The notes: generated by a model not told the origin, from the letters alone. Shown: positions 1-12,090, counted from the first letter of the stretch. The stretch is DNA of 64,000 nucleotides from Paraspadella gotoi (GCA_051294375.1 JBJCIZ010000263.1:1-64000), one strand, 5' to 3'. A program made the numbers and translations.

Positions 1-99
1 TAACATAACACTAATCCCGTTTGTAATTTTAAAAAAGTGAATTTCCCTTTCATTTCTATTAGTTAAAATAAGGTATGGAAAATCCTCCGGAGACGAGTA

Positions 100-2465
100 G
101 TATAGGAGTCTAAGTCGTTCTTAGCAATCGAGGAAGACCTATTATTTCGAATGGAGATTGTTCAGTTTATAAATACTGACTACCAAATAATGTCAACGCC
201 CCTGGGAAAAATTCGGGTAAAAAAATAGATGTAAAAACACTAGATTCCGATCCTTTGCATCTGAAGGGCTCGCATTTTTTTTCTCTTGACAAATAACATC
301 ATTTTGACATCAAACCATCAGATCAAATGGACTGGTGCCGCGTCGGGAAATATTTTTTACGCAATTTTTATATATAAAATAAAGGGATTTCTCAACTTCA
401 TACAATGTCAACGCATTTAAGGTATGTTGTCATTTACAATATAACTTCGAATTCAGGAATCCGATAGCAATATGTCTGAAGGGCTCTCAAATATTTTCTT
501 ACATTTCATTTGTTATTTTAAATGATTACGAATCATGTTAAAGTGATATTAGTCCATTTTGCTGAAATTTTTATTTAAAAGTAAAAGAAAAGAGGAGCTA
601 ACGATTGGAAATTCTAAGAGTTTTCAAACCGCGGAGTCAGATTCGGAAAAAATCTTAATATGGCGAAAATCTTCCAAAGAAGGGGTGGATTTTCGAAGAT
701 TTTGTTAATATTTTCTATAATTATGATCGGATTTTTTTGAAACTTAAAATAAAAATATTGCTATCATTCTACATTGGCCGGTCAAAAGAATCTATTAAAA
801 AAACCTACTGACTTTTTTCATCAGCAGCTTAGTCCTAAGTAGTACATTTCCCCTAGCTTGTTTGATAGTAAAATCTTTATCAAATGCCACAAGAAGAAGA
901 ATGAGCTCTTGAGATGCAAAGCTGTCGCGAATCGGGTATTTTTACAACTAGTTTTCTACCGGAAAATCATGCAGGCCGTTTGTAAAGCTTGGGCAGATCA
1001 GATTCGAACGGAAATCTCTATTAGAAAAATGTTGAATTTTTTGAAGCAATATTATTTTTCCTACTTCTTTACCTTTTTTGTAAATTTCATTTTTTTTGTA
1101 TTAGATCTTTTTCCTTAATTTTTTTTTCTAACTTTTTTCTCAATTTTTTTTTTTTAAAAATTAATTCTAATTACTATTGCTTAAAAAGGTTTTTATTACA
1201 AAATATCTAGATTGTTTTATTTTATTAGACATTGCATTCTAATTCAAATTCTTTTCTATGGAAAGAAAGAGTTGTAAGAATGGGGAGGATGAGCAGATGA
1301 GGTAGGAAGGAAAATCAGAGAGAGAGAGTGAGAAGAGAGACAGTGAGAGAGAAAAGAAGAGAGACTCTCAAATATTTCTTCAAGCAAATGTCTTGATAAG
1401 GTATAGTTGCCGCTGTAAAACCATTGTCAGCAGAATATTAGCAAGTTTGGGTATCAATAGAATACTAAAATTTATGATAAAAAGACAGATTTTATCGAAA
1501 AGGAAGTAAAAAACAACTAAATACGTTCTGAAGGTTTTGTCTGCATTTCGTGCGGCCATACCGTGAGACATATCCATGAATTAATAAATTGATCTATTGA
1601 TTTTTGGTAGATCATTGAATTTCAGTAATCAGTTGAAAGGCTTTTTTTATCCTCTTGAATTCGCCATATGCGAACAAAAAAAAAAATTTCAGGGGAAAAT
1701 TAATAAAACGAAGAAAAGATAACTGAAATCTCGAATTCCAAACGCGGTAAACGTTAAAAACTATTCCTTTTCGTTTTACTAGGAGTCTACGCCGTTTTTA
1801 GAGATCGAGGAAGACTTTTTTCAATGGAGATTTTCTTTTCAAATCTATGACTACCAAAAAAACAATATAACGCTCCTGGTAAAATTCCGGTAAAATATCG
1901 ATGTATAAAACATTGATTCCGATCCTGTTGTTATCTGAAAGGGTCCGCATTTTTTTTCTCTTGTCAAATCATCAAGTCATCTTGATATCAAACAACCCAC
2001 GAATAAATAGACTGCTTCTGGATGGAAAAATTTTTCCATCTCTGATTTTATATAGAAATGAAAAAGGATTTTTTCCTTGAAAAACGATATAAACGTGTCT
2101 GTTCCTGTTCAACAAATGATTGGTCCAATTTTTGGAAATTCTTTGGCAAAGTGTCGTGAAGGGCTCTCAAAATTTTCTTTTACATTTTTTGGTCTATTTC
2201 GATATGATACGATCATGGTGAAAAAGTGAATTAGTCCATTTTGTTATAATTTCTTATTTAAAGTAAAAGTACAAGAGGGAGCTAACGATCGGAATTCTAA
2301 GAGTTTTCAACCGGGAATCAGATTCGGGGAAAATCTTCTATGGCGAAAATCTTCAAAGAAAGGGGTGGATTTCCGAAGTTTTGGTTAATATTTTCTATAT
2401 TTATGTCGGATTTTTTTTGAAACTATAATATTAACAAATATTGCCATCATTCTACCTTGGCCGGT
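100..2465. repeat. Degenerate direct duplication of a ~690-bp AT-rich segment (about 100-783 and 1778-2465)
   Basis: Colinear shared blocks, e.g. taggagtcta...atcgaggaagac, gaagggctctcaaa, tggcgaaaatcttc...ggggtggatt, cattctac.ttggccggt; period ~1.68 kb. Confidence 0.75.
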
Positions 2466-2489
2466 ATTAGAAATATATTAGGGTAAATG

Positions 2490-2900
2490 TTTATTGAGAA
2501 TGCCAAACAACGATTTATTTATTATCAATAGTATATGTTTCGACTCTGCTGGTTCGAGTCGTGTCATCAGCTTTGAAAAACATTAACAAAAACTTTGCTC
2601 TACACATTAAGTAAGAGGAAGAGAGACAGAGAGAGAGAAAGAGAGTGAGAGTGAGTGTGTGAGAAGAGATGAAGGCGAGAGTTGTCCAAACAAAGGGTGC
2701 AGTAAAGGAACAGGGCCAGATGATGAGGACAGCGTGAAGCGAAGAACACGTAGGAAGAAAGAGATAATTTTGAAATGGGTGAAAATTGAAAAGAGAGAGA
2801 CGGAGAAATAATTACATTGGACAAATGTTGACAACAAAGATCTCATTAGAGAACGAAAACTTAGAACATATAGCTCATGATTTTAATAACAATAAGTTTA
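2490..2900 (-). mobile_element. Penelope-like element 3' end (pseudo-LTR fragment)
   Basis: Colinear similarity to the PLE 3' end at 7031-7440 (hammerhead motif, GA tract, ccagatgatgagg..gtgaag..aagaa, tgggtgaaa). Confidence 0.6.
2526..2575 (-). ncRNA. Minimal type I hammerhead ribozyme-like motif (PLE-associated)
   Basis: Minus strand reads CTGATGA-cac-GACTC-gaaccagca-GAGTC-GAAA-catatac; core and stem II intact, stems I/III imperfect. Confidence 0.55.
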
Positions 2901-3000
2901 AACTTAAATAAATTAAAAAAAAATGAAATGGGAGGAATACTGGATCACATGAAGCGCAAACGATGTCAGCAAAATCTCACAGTTATATGTGAGGAATGTA

Positions 3001-5944
3001 GTAGATAAGGCGACTAAGTGCGGCTGAAGATGACTATATCCGTTAACTCTAATAAACCCCCTTTAGTAGCCATGGAACGGGTCACTGGCTGCTTGGAACC
3101 AGGCTTGAGGGAAACTAATGTCTGGCCACACGCCCCCCAAGGCGGACTTAACGCGCCGTCCTCACGCTTCCCACAGGGTAAGGGACCGGGTTGGTGCTTG
3201 AAACCCCAGGTACGACCTAGTGGTTCTATGAACTTGATGCTATTACTCAATTGAGCCACCGGCGTCAGGAAACTGAAGGTGTCATCGCTTATAGGCGCGG
3301 AGATCGCTGAACCCAAGCAATGCCCGACTACATGCCCCCGCAGATTAGTCTAACCTCATTCCCTGCACTGCTTTCCAGATGGAGGGAGTGGGAGCAATCT
3401 TCAGCACGTCCATGGTCCCTGGAAATCAGAAGCGTTGGGAACTACGGCTCGACAGGATTGGGCGCTCACCAGGTTAGACAAGCCGTCTAAGTGCGGCTGA
3501 AGCATGACTATTTCCGTAACTATCTATCAACCCCCTTTAGTAGCCATGGAAACGGGTCCTGGGCTTGGAACCAGGCTTGAGGGGTTGCCCACGCCCCCAA
3601 AGGCGGTACCGCCGTCCTCACGCTCCCACAGGAGGTAACGCCGTTCAACCAAAGGCGAAGAAAGGAAACGGGTTTGAAAAAAAATATGAATTGAACTCCA
3701 AGAGTACCAAAGTGGCATGCAGCTGAAATTGGCTATACTCAATGAAGAGCCACCGGAGTCAGGAAACTGAAGGTGAGTCATGCCTTATAGGCGGTGTAAA
3801 ATATTAAAAGGTGAAACCTTAGGCAATGGCACCTATACAAAGGAATTAGAATAAAAGTTAATAGATTAAGTGAAATATATAATATTCAAACTCGCAGAAA
3901 TTTGGTCAACTGGCATATTTGGTCAACTTTAAAGAATTTGGTTCAAACTGCGAAATATTTTTGTCAATTGGCGATTAATTTTGAGGTTTCATATCATATC
4001 TCTAATCAATCAAATCTCTATATATCCATATATCAAAAAAATCAATCAATCAATCAATCAATATCAGAGAGACGAGAGAAAACTTTAAAAAATTCGAAAT
4101 AAATAGTGTCTTTTGGTTTTTCTAATTTAATCTTTTTCCACTCCTACGGATCCTCAATAAATTTTTATATTTCCGAGCTATATTATCACATAACTTTCCT
4201 AAACCCACCACACAAAATTTCAATGTTCGATTTATCTATCCATTTTTTAATAAACATAAATAATTATGCAGTAAAATTTAAGTAAAAATACTTTAAGTAA
4301 ATAGTAGACTTTTGATTTTTTCTATTGTTTTTAAGTCAATTATAACACTATCGCCAACGATTTCCCTAACGAAAACTCATATCCCATCTCAATCACACAG
4401 TTTCTCACCCACACACAAATAATTTCATACCAATGTCCATCAATCCAATTCACGAGTTAATTGAAAGGTTTTTTGCATAAGCGTCTGGACGGATGCGACG
4501 GAACGACTGGACGACGGACGTAAGAACGGACGGACTCGGTTTTTTTGCATAATCATAATCAGATGTTCTGACATATATAAGCTGGTATGCCGACATATTG
4601 AGGGGCGGACCGACGGACCGCACCAAACTGACTCTATAGAGTACGCGGATCTGCTGATAAGCAGGAACCGACTAAAAATCTTTATAAATTTTATTACTCA
4701 TTAAATACTTTAGGCCACGGGATCACTCAAGCCTAAAATAATGATAGGAAATCCTAATTTACTGATATCATAAATCATTTTCTCACATTCAATGTAAGAG
4801 TTTCAATTAAAAAAATAATCAAAAACTTTTTAAAAATCTACCCTAAAATGTTCATAAAATTTAAACAAAATTTTTTCTCCGGCTAAAACTAGATTTTCAA
4901 GAGAAAAATACTTTTTCTTTAAATGTAAGCTTAAATTTTTTTACAACCAAATTTTAATTTAAAACTGATTCTTTACAGTAAGCTCAATTTCTACTTCATT
5001 AATTAATTCTTCATTTAAGGTAACATAAGTACATCTTGGAGTTATCACTAGATAAGAGTGTCTATTAAAACAATCTACCCTACTCATTTTCCAGTATGGT
5101 TTTTATGCTTTATTGATTTGTATAACAATAGTCTCCAATGGGCATGCCTAGCGTTCACCCCGTCCTAACTAATACTCATGACACTTCCACGATCCCTGAC
5201 CCGGTGGACCTTCATGGTAAAACCATCAGCTTCATAGACCACTAAGGGGTACCGGTTCAAAATCCAACCCTGTCTTTTGTGGTATCCTACTCTGTGGGAA
5301 GGTGTGAGGGACGGCCGTAAGCCGCTCACTTTGGGTGGCGTGGAAAACCCTTCAAGCTTCGCCGTTCCAAGCCCAAGGACCCGTTCCATAGCTGGTCTAA
5401 GGCTTTAAATGGTAAAGAAGTTCACGATAGTCCCTATCCTTCAGCCCACTTTATGCGCCTTATTACATCAGTCTGGTGAGCCCATCCTGTTGAGCGTTTT
5501 CCCAACCTTCTATGGCATTCCAGGCCCGATGTACGTTTGGTGAAAAATTGCTCCCCTCCCTCCACTGGAAGCAGTGGATGTTCAAGAATTAGATGAGGCG
5601 TGGAGTTACAATCTGGGGTGCAATGTAACTCAGGGCAATTGTTCCCTAGGTTCACACACGCCTATAAAGCATGGACACCTTCAGTCACTGACCCGGATGG
5701 GCCATTTGAGTAAAGCACCATCATGCTTGCCATGACCCACAAGAGGCATACTGGGTTGGGAAAATGAACCTCTTGCGGGGATAAGGTGGTGTATGAGGTA
5801 CCGGCCTAATAAACCGCGTCTTGGGAGGGCGTGGAAAACCCTCAAGCTGTTTCCAAGCCGAGGACCCCATTCCATAGCTGCCCTAAGGGTGCTTATAGAA
5901 GTTTACGGAGATCGATCTTCAAGCCCACTTAGCGCCTTATCCAC
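3001..5944. repeat. Foldback-like structure: long inverted arms (about 3001-3830 and 5138-5944), each made of ~1.7 tandem copies of a ~475-bp unit
   Basis: taagtgcggctgaag at 3016 and 3488; reverse-complement counterparts cttcagcccactt at ~5439 and ~5917; ends gtagataaggcg / cgccttatccac are inverted. Confidence 0.7.
3890..4680 (+). mobile_element. Possible non-autonomous Helitron/Helentron-associated (DINE-like) element
   Basis: (GGAC/GACG)n tract at 4486-4537 and 4607-4620, followed by tatagagt + hairpin (cgg.tctgct-gata-agcagg..ccg) + gactaaaaa; short tandem ttggtcaact repeats at the 5' side. Confidence 0.35.
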
Positions 5945-6679
5945 AAGTTTAAGCAGTTAAAAAACTTATCAAATTAGTATGTTCATTTGACTTTTACATT
6001 TATGTAAAAATGATTTTAATAGTGTTTAAATAGTACAGAATGTTAATCTTTCTTGACCAAAGTGAAGTTAAAAAACGAAAGAGTTAGCAGCTCAAACCGT
6101 TGGACTCTTCTTGAAAGAAAAAAATATCGGGCAAGTAAGGAAAAAGTGGGGGAGATTCTAAATGAGCGGCTGTTGTTTTTTGAGAAAAATGTTTTTTGAT
6201 AATCAAGGAATTAATCCACAAAATTGACATAAATAATCAAATTATTACTAAATGAAAGGAAGGCAAAATCTATGAAAGTATCATTTATCATTAAGAATTA
6301 GGGGATTCGTGACCTAAAAGGCCAAATTTTAATGATAAAAACCCGCACTTAACGTTTGAGGCTGCAACTCTTCAAATAGATTCTTTTATTTTATAAATAT
6401 ATATAGTAAAAAAAAAAAATCGAAAAAAATGTCGAATGACGCCTTTGAAAAATAAAAGTAATGTGAAAAACATTTTCGGGATATCGTCATGAGCTCTCCT
6501 TTCGAAATCCGAGCTCGGTCTTAGCCTTTATTATAATTCGAATTGAGCTGATCCCCGGAGCTAAAATTATTAAAATTTTATTACACCAATTAAATATTAA
6601 GAACTATCTGAAGAATCCTTAGAGATTATAAAGTAAAATTATTCAAAAAACCAAGTATAAAATGTCATCCTTCAGAATC

Positions 6680-6920
6680 GCTTCACCCGGGGGCGGTGCT
6701 TGGGGGACGGACCCCGCTGGAAGGTGGCTCCGACAGGGCAGGGCCCCCGCCGAGGGGCAGGCAAATCTTTACCGGTCCTATAGGGGCGCCCCCTGTTAGC
6801 CTCTTTTTTTAGAATAGCCCCAAGGGGCCACTCCAGGGTGAATCCCCCTGCACTCGGGCACCTAGGAAAAACCTGGGCTAACCCCAGGGCGATGGATTTT
6901 CCTGCACCCCTCGAACGGCT
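6680..6920. repeat. GC-rich palindrome-containing interspersed repeat, probably related to 10525-10775
   Basis: Both islands contain taggggcgcccc and ccccagggg palindromic motifs within AT-rich DNA. Confidence 0.35.
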
Positions 6921-7077
6921 CTCCCTCCTATCTCTCTCTTCCCTCTATTCTCTCTTTCTCTTTCCCTCTCTCTCTCTCTCTTTCTACTATCTATTTTCTA
7001 TTTTCATCTTTCATTAAATAAAATATAAATTTTAGCGAGAAAAAACAATTTTATTTGTTTTATCAACGAACTTGTAT

Positions 7078-7140
7078 TATTGGAAGACATGTTCGACTAC
7101 ATTGAGTTATAGCAGTTCTATCATCTAGTTTATGACAATT
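7078..7140 (-). ncRNA. Degenerate hammerhead motif in the 3' pseudo-LTR
   Basis: Noisy inverted copy of 9555-9609 (attgtcataa-ctagatga...gtcgaacatgtcttccaat). Confidence 0.4.
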
Positions 7141-8004
7141 CAATATTTTTTACTACTTTATACATAGGTTTAGAGAGAAGTTAGAGAGAGAGAGAGAAAC
7201 AGAAAAAGAGGGTGGTATTCCAACAAAAGAGAGTTGAGCAAAGACAGTGCGTCAGATGATGAGGTATAGAGTGAAGGTAAGAGTCAGGGGAAAGAAGTGG
7301 GTGAAATTAGAAATAAGAGAGAAGAGAGCAGAGAAGAGAGACAGGGGGTGTAAGAGAAAATCTGTCTAACATTTTTTTGTAATATGTATTAACAATGATA
7401 GAGAAATTAAAAATAACAAACTTTAATAGTTTAAACATTAGTAACATTTGAAAAATAAATAAAGAATTGAAATAGAAAGAATAAGTGATGAGGGATAGGT
7501 AAAGTAAAGAAGTTAGTGAAAATTAAGTTGAGAGAAGAGCTTCAAAGTGAGCTGGCCCCCCCCCGCGTTGACCAAAGGTGCCGGCACGTTTGCGATTAGG
7601 CTCGGGGTCATTGGCTTGCTCAATGGGCTGAGAAGATATGACTGGGGTGTGGACATTTCGGGACCTGGTAGTACTCCTCCTCGGGAAAATCCTAACGAAC
7701 ACCGAAATATTCTCTCATGGCCTGATAGGCCTGCCGTATGGCCCTCTCTCACCTGACGGTGAGGTGGGCGATTGCCTGTTCTTGCCTGCTTTGGTGCATG
7801 GAGATACAGACTCCTCATCGCCTCCTCTCTGTAGCCGTCTTTTTGGACGACGTGCCAGTGTGAGAAGAGTCATGCCAGGTTGCTACAGGCTCGGGAGAGG
7901 GTATCGGTCGTCCATTGCCTGCTGGGAGGTCTCCGCCTGACCCGTTGAGGGGGGCAGGGGAATCACCGTGCGGTTGGGGGCGGCTCTGGGCGTCCACCAC
8001 CACT

Positions 8005-9400
8005 TGATAAGCGTATCATAGCTTGGAGGAGAGATCGAAGCGTCCTCCCATCACGGTTTCAGAGAGGGCTCGAGGGCTTTGATGTAGCATAGGCCTCTCT
8101 AATACCTTCTTGAAAACCAATTTTGGTCATGGGACAGCACGAGGCAGTCCGTCTCTCTAAACAGATGGCCAGAGGCTACAGAGTGCTCTGATAACGATAG
8201 CTGACAGGTAGTGACCTCGTGAGTCACGGTAAGGTTTCGTATGTTGCTTGAAAACCGATCTGAGAGAGATTTTCCTGTCTGCGCCCCACGTCATGCTGCT
8301 GTGCAGGGTTGGTTTCCCTTGCCTGCACAGGCCGCCCAATAGACGGCTCCTGATGTTTTCGTTCTGGGGATTTTTGTCTTCGGTTCACCAGTGGCTCACG
8401 TACGAGAACCGCGGGTCGTCACTGAAGTGAGATCCCCTGTCTTGCCAGCACCGCACCAAAGCTTCAGTGATCCCCTGGTGGTAGGGGAGGGACAAGTGAC
8501 CCACGTTCTTGAGACGCTTCTGCTTATCACTCCCATTTGCTCTGTGGTGGGCGCGGTTGGTCCTTCAGCAGCAAAGGTCCCGTTCTTCCTCCTGGGGGGC
8601 GGAGGTTGAACCTGCGTTAGCGGCTACTTGGGCAGCCCCTTGGTGGCCACTGCCCTCAGCTTGGTTCTGCCGGAACCTAGCGCTTCTCGAATGCCCACAG
8701 AGGGTAACCCATTCGAGCGCCAAGGCTCTTTTGACATCGCTCAAGCTCGGCGGCCTGGAGCTCGGGGGTCGACGGAATCAGTAGTAAGCCTCTCCTGGTA
8801 AGGGATCTGAACTGTGGCGAGCTTGTGTGACAAGGGGGCGTGCGAATCAAAGGAATGTATTGATCAGTATGCGTTGGTTTGCGATAGACAGAAAAACTCC
8901 AATGAGCCGCCCTCTTTGCGCTTTATAAGCACATCGAGCATTGGATTTTAACCATTCCTCCTCTTTCTTCACACGTTCACTTTATACTCGCTTTCGATGC
9001 CGTTCAAGTGTGTTAGTAAGGCTCACGAGATCCCTTTGCACAGCCAGGATGGTATCGTCTGCTTTCCGATACCAAAGAGAAACTGACTCTGCCCCATGCA
9101 GAGATCGAAAAGAAGCCAAAGGCTCCACCTCATAGTCCTCCATATAGAAATCTGCCAGAGGACTTGAGGTTGATTTGCACCATCCCTAAGCCACCAGGCT
9201 GGGCATAGTTCCGTCCATCGAACCTGAAGTAACGCCAGTTCCAGGTCGAGCCGCAGCAGTGCCATGATATCATCCAATTGGATTGGCGTACGCTCGTGTA
9301 ACAACCGGTCTCCCTTCAGGCGGCGTCTGCGGATGCTAACGCAGTCCTGAGGGATGTTATGAACATACTTTTTAAGTACACGAGACCAAGAGGATGACTA
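8005..9400 (-). pseudogene. PLE reverse transcriptase (C-terminal part) + GIY-YIG endonuclease
   Basis: Reconstructed across frameshifts: YFRFDG..YAQ..GL.M...PLADFYMEDYE, WYRKADDT (9054-9074), SVYRKPTHTDQY (8857-8890), GAVY..C....C...VG.TGKSL..RF..H, EH...GH, IREA..IK...PSL.RDG.R, all typical PLE motifs. Confidence 0.9.
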
Positions 9401-9493
9401 TCACCCAACTTCTTCCCCTGATCTTACCTTCACCTGTCCTCATATCTGACCACTGTCCTTTGCTCGAATTCTTTGTTGGAAACTCCCTCTTTT

Positions 9494-9529
<36 letters not shown>

Positions 9530-9554
9530 ACCAATGTAAAGAGTAAAAAATATG

Positions 9555-9609
9555 ATTGTCATAACTGATGAAGACTCTAAAACTCAAGAGTCGAAACATG
9601 TCTTACAAT
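9555..9609 (+). ncRNA. Minimal type I hammerhead ribozyme
   Basis: attgtcataa-CTGATGA-a-GACTCT-aaaactca-AGAGTC-GAAA-catGTC-ttacaat: intact core, 6-bp stem II, short palindromic stem III (ACATGT), GUC cleavage triplet, bulged stem I. Confidence 0.8.
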
Positions 9610-9769
9610 AATACAATTCGTTGATCTAAAAACAATAAATTGTTTTTTCTCCTAAACTTCAAAACGCAACGAAATTGATAGTTTATACACAATAAAATAT
9701 AAAAATAAAAATAATATTTTTTACTTTAATTAATCAATCAATGAACCAATAGCTGTACCAATACCAACT

Positions 9770-9950
9770 TGCATAATTTAGTCAAATGACATAATTTGGT
9801 CAACTGACATAAATTGGTCAACTGATATAATTTAATCAACTTTTAAAATTTGGTAATCTTTTATAATTTGGTAAACTTTCATAATTTGGTAATTTTTTTA
9901 AAATTTAGTTAACTTGCTTAATTTGATTATTTGGGCAACAATCAACTTAA
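9770..9950. repeat. ~19-20-bp minisatellite (aatttggtcaactgacat-like)
   Basis: Visible tandem degenerate units; the same unit appears at ~3900-3975. Confidence 0.7.
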
Positions 9951-10524
9951 CAATTAGCTAATTAATAATTTTATCCGATAGAAATAAAAAAAAGAAAGAG
10001 AGAAAAAGAGTGCAAAAATTTTTTGAATAATGTTCAAGTAAAAGTAATTTTTGTTTTTCCATTAAAACTCACTTTCACTTGCATACTTTTCTGCCCATAC
10101 ACAAAATTTTATTTTAATTCATCTATGAAATTTTAAATAATAGAATAAAAAGTAGGATGGTTTTAATTTTTTAATTCACTTATAAAAAATAATTAATTAA
10201 AAAATATTTAATTGATTAATTAATTAATATCAGTCTTTAAGTCCGTCCCATATTAGCAGTAAACTCCAATTATTCGTGATTAAATAGATGGATTGGAATA
10301 AAATTTTGTGTGAGGGTAGAAAAGTATGTGATTGAGCTAGATATAAAGTTTTGCTCACTCTCTTTCTCAAATCGTCAGCCTCTACTTAACAATGAGCGAA
10401 AGAGAGAGAGAAAAAGAAAAAGGGAGAGAGAAAGAGAGAGTAACAGACAGGGAGAAATATTTTCAGATATAATAACATAGTCAGAAAGTATATTTTCTTA
10501 TCTAAACTTTGCTCTCTCTTTAAC

Positions 10525-10775
10525 TCGCCCCTGGGGGAGCAGTTTTTTGCTCCCCAAGGGGTTACCCCCAGGGGCACACTTTTTTTGGCCCCAGGGGGCT
10601 AAGCATTAGGGGCGCCCCTAATAGACCCAAAATGTTGGCCCCAGGGGGAACCCCCCTGGGGCGGCCCCCTGAGGCAATCCAGAGGGGGCGCCCCCTCAAT
10701 GACCATTTTGCTGCTCCCCCTGGAATAGTCTGCCCCCTGGGGCCGCCCCTAGAGCCGCCCCGCGGGGCGGAGGAT
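10525..10775. repeat. GC-rich palindromic repeat island
   Basis: Repeated ccccagggg / ggggcgcccc motifs; resembles 6680-6920. Confidence 0.4.
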
Positions 10776-10950
10776 TTGGGAGATGACATATCTCTTCAAA
10801 ACAGTCAAGAACTTGCTCAGTAGAGTGGAGCACTGGGGAACATAAATTTTATTGGAGTGAACAAACATGGATATTTAGACGTAAGATAGTATGATTAATA
10901 TTCTGCTTATATTGTTTGGGGAACAGTATCATTAATTACAATATATTTAT

Positions 10951-11300
10951 AGTAATATCCTTATAAAATCATAAATTTTTAAAATAATTTTTTTATATTT
11001 TTTATTAAAGATTCTGATTCTTTATAAAAAGTTAAATCAAAAATATAAAATATGTTATTAAAAATTTTAATGTCTTTAGAGTTAAAAATGCAAAAAAAGG
11101 GTAAATTCTCCACTTTTTCACGCTTTGTAGTAGAAAATATTATATGATAAAATGTTTGGGTCATTTTTCGCGGCTTTAACCTAAAAATATCATGTAACAT
11201 ATTTTACAAAAGTTTTTTAGTTTTTTCCAGCAAATCCGAAACTGTTCTTAAAAATAAAAAATATGATTTAGAAATTTTTTGATTTTATAAGGATATTACT
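10951..11300. mobile_element. MITE-like element with terminal inverted repeats
   Basis: agtaatatccttataaaatc (10951-10970) is the exact reverse complement of gattttataaggatattact (11281-11300); AT-rich non-coding interior; no clear TSD. Confidence 0.65.
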
Positions 11301-12090
11301 TGGGGATGAGCATCGTTTCTAAACTATTGAGTATTTTTAAATAAATTTGGTAACAATTGATAGGGAATTTAAAATACTATCTATTTGCAAAATTTCATAA
11401 AAATCGGATAATCCGTTCAAAAGTTATGGAAATAAAACAGTTGAAAAATCGCGCTTCAAATCGAGCAACTTTTGCTTCAAATCGAACTCGTTTTGATCCA
11501 ATAAGGATTTGAACTACCGTAGTACTAAGCTTTAAACCGATAATAGCGATTATGCGCGAACCGGGCCTCATAAGAGAAAATAGAATAAGAGAAGCCCGGA
11601 AAAAAAGAAATCCTTACAAAAGTAATCACAAAACTAACATAATTATAACAGAAAAAAAAATGGAAAAGACAAGAGAGCCAAAGAAGTAATAAATTGGGGA
11701 TGAGCATCGTTTCTAAACTATTGAGTATTTTTAAATAAATTTGGTACCGATCGATAGGAAATTAAAAATACTATCTATATACAAATTTTCATAAAAATCG
11801 GATAATCCGTTCAAAAGTTATGGCAATAAAACAGTCGCGAAAATCGCGCTTCAAATCGATCAACTTTCCCTTAAAATCGAACTCGTTTTGATCCAATAAG
11901 GATTTGAACTACCGTAGTACTAAGCTTTAAACCGATAATAGCGATTTTGCAGGAACCGGGCCTCATAAGAGAAAATAGAATAAGCGAAGCTCGGAAAAAA
12001 AGGAATCCTTACAAAATTAATCACAAAACTAACATAATTATAACAGAATAAAAAATGGAAAAGACAAGAGAGCCAAAGAAGTAATAAATT
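11301..12090. repeat. Tandem dimer of a ~394-bp unit
   Basis: tggggatgagcatcgtttctaaactattgag at 11301 and 11695; the two units are highly similar through aagagagccaaagaagtaataaatt. Confidence 0.9.

Larger units (their letters stand above)
7031..9656 (-). mobile_element. Penelope-like retroelement (EN+), 5'-truncated, with inverted pseudo-LTRs
   Basis: Frameshifted RT and GIY-YIG on the minus strand; inverted arms 7031-7304 and 9401-9656, each with a hammerhead motif. Confidence 0.9.

Noticed and set aside
3016-3490. Hammerhead in the 475-bp unit (CTGAAGA words)
   Set aside because: No paired stem II followed by GAAA and a cleavage triplet could be built.
10082-10330. ~35-bp inverted repeat as a MITE
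   Set aside because: Imperfect, with no TSD, and the motif recurs inside other repeats (about 4200-4430); insufficient support.
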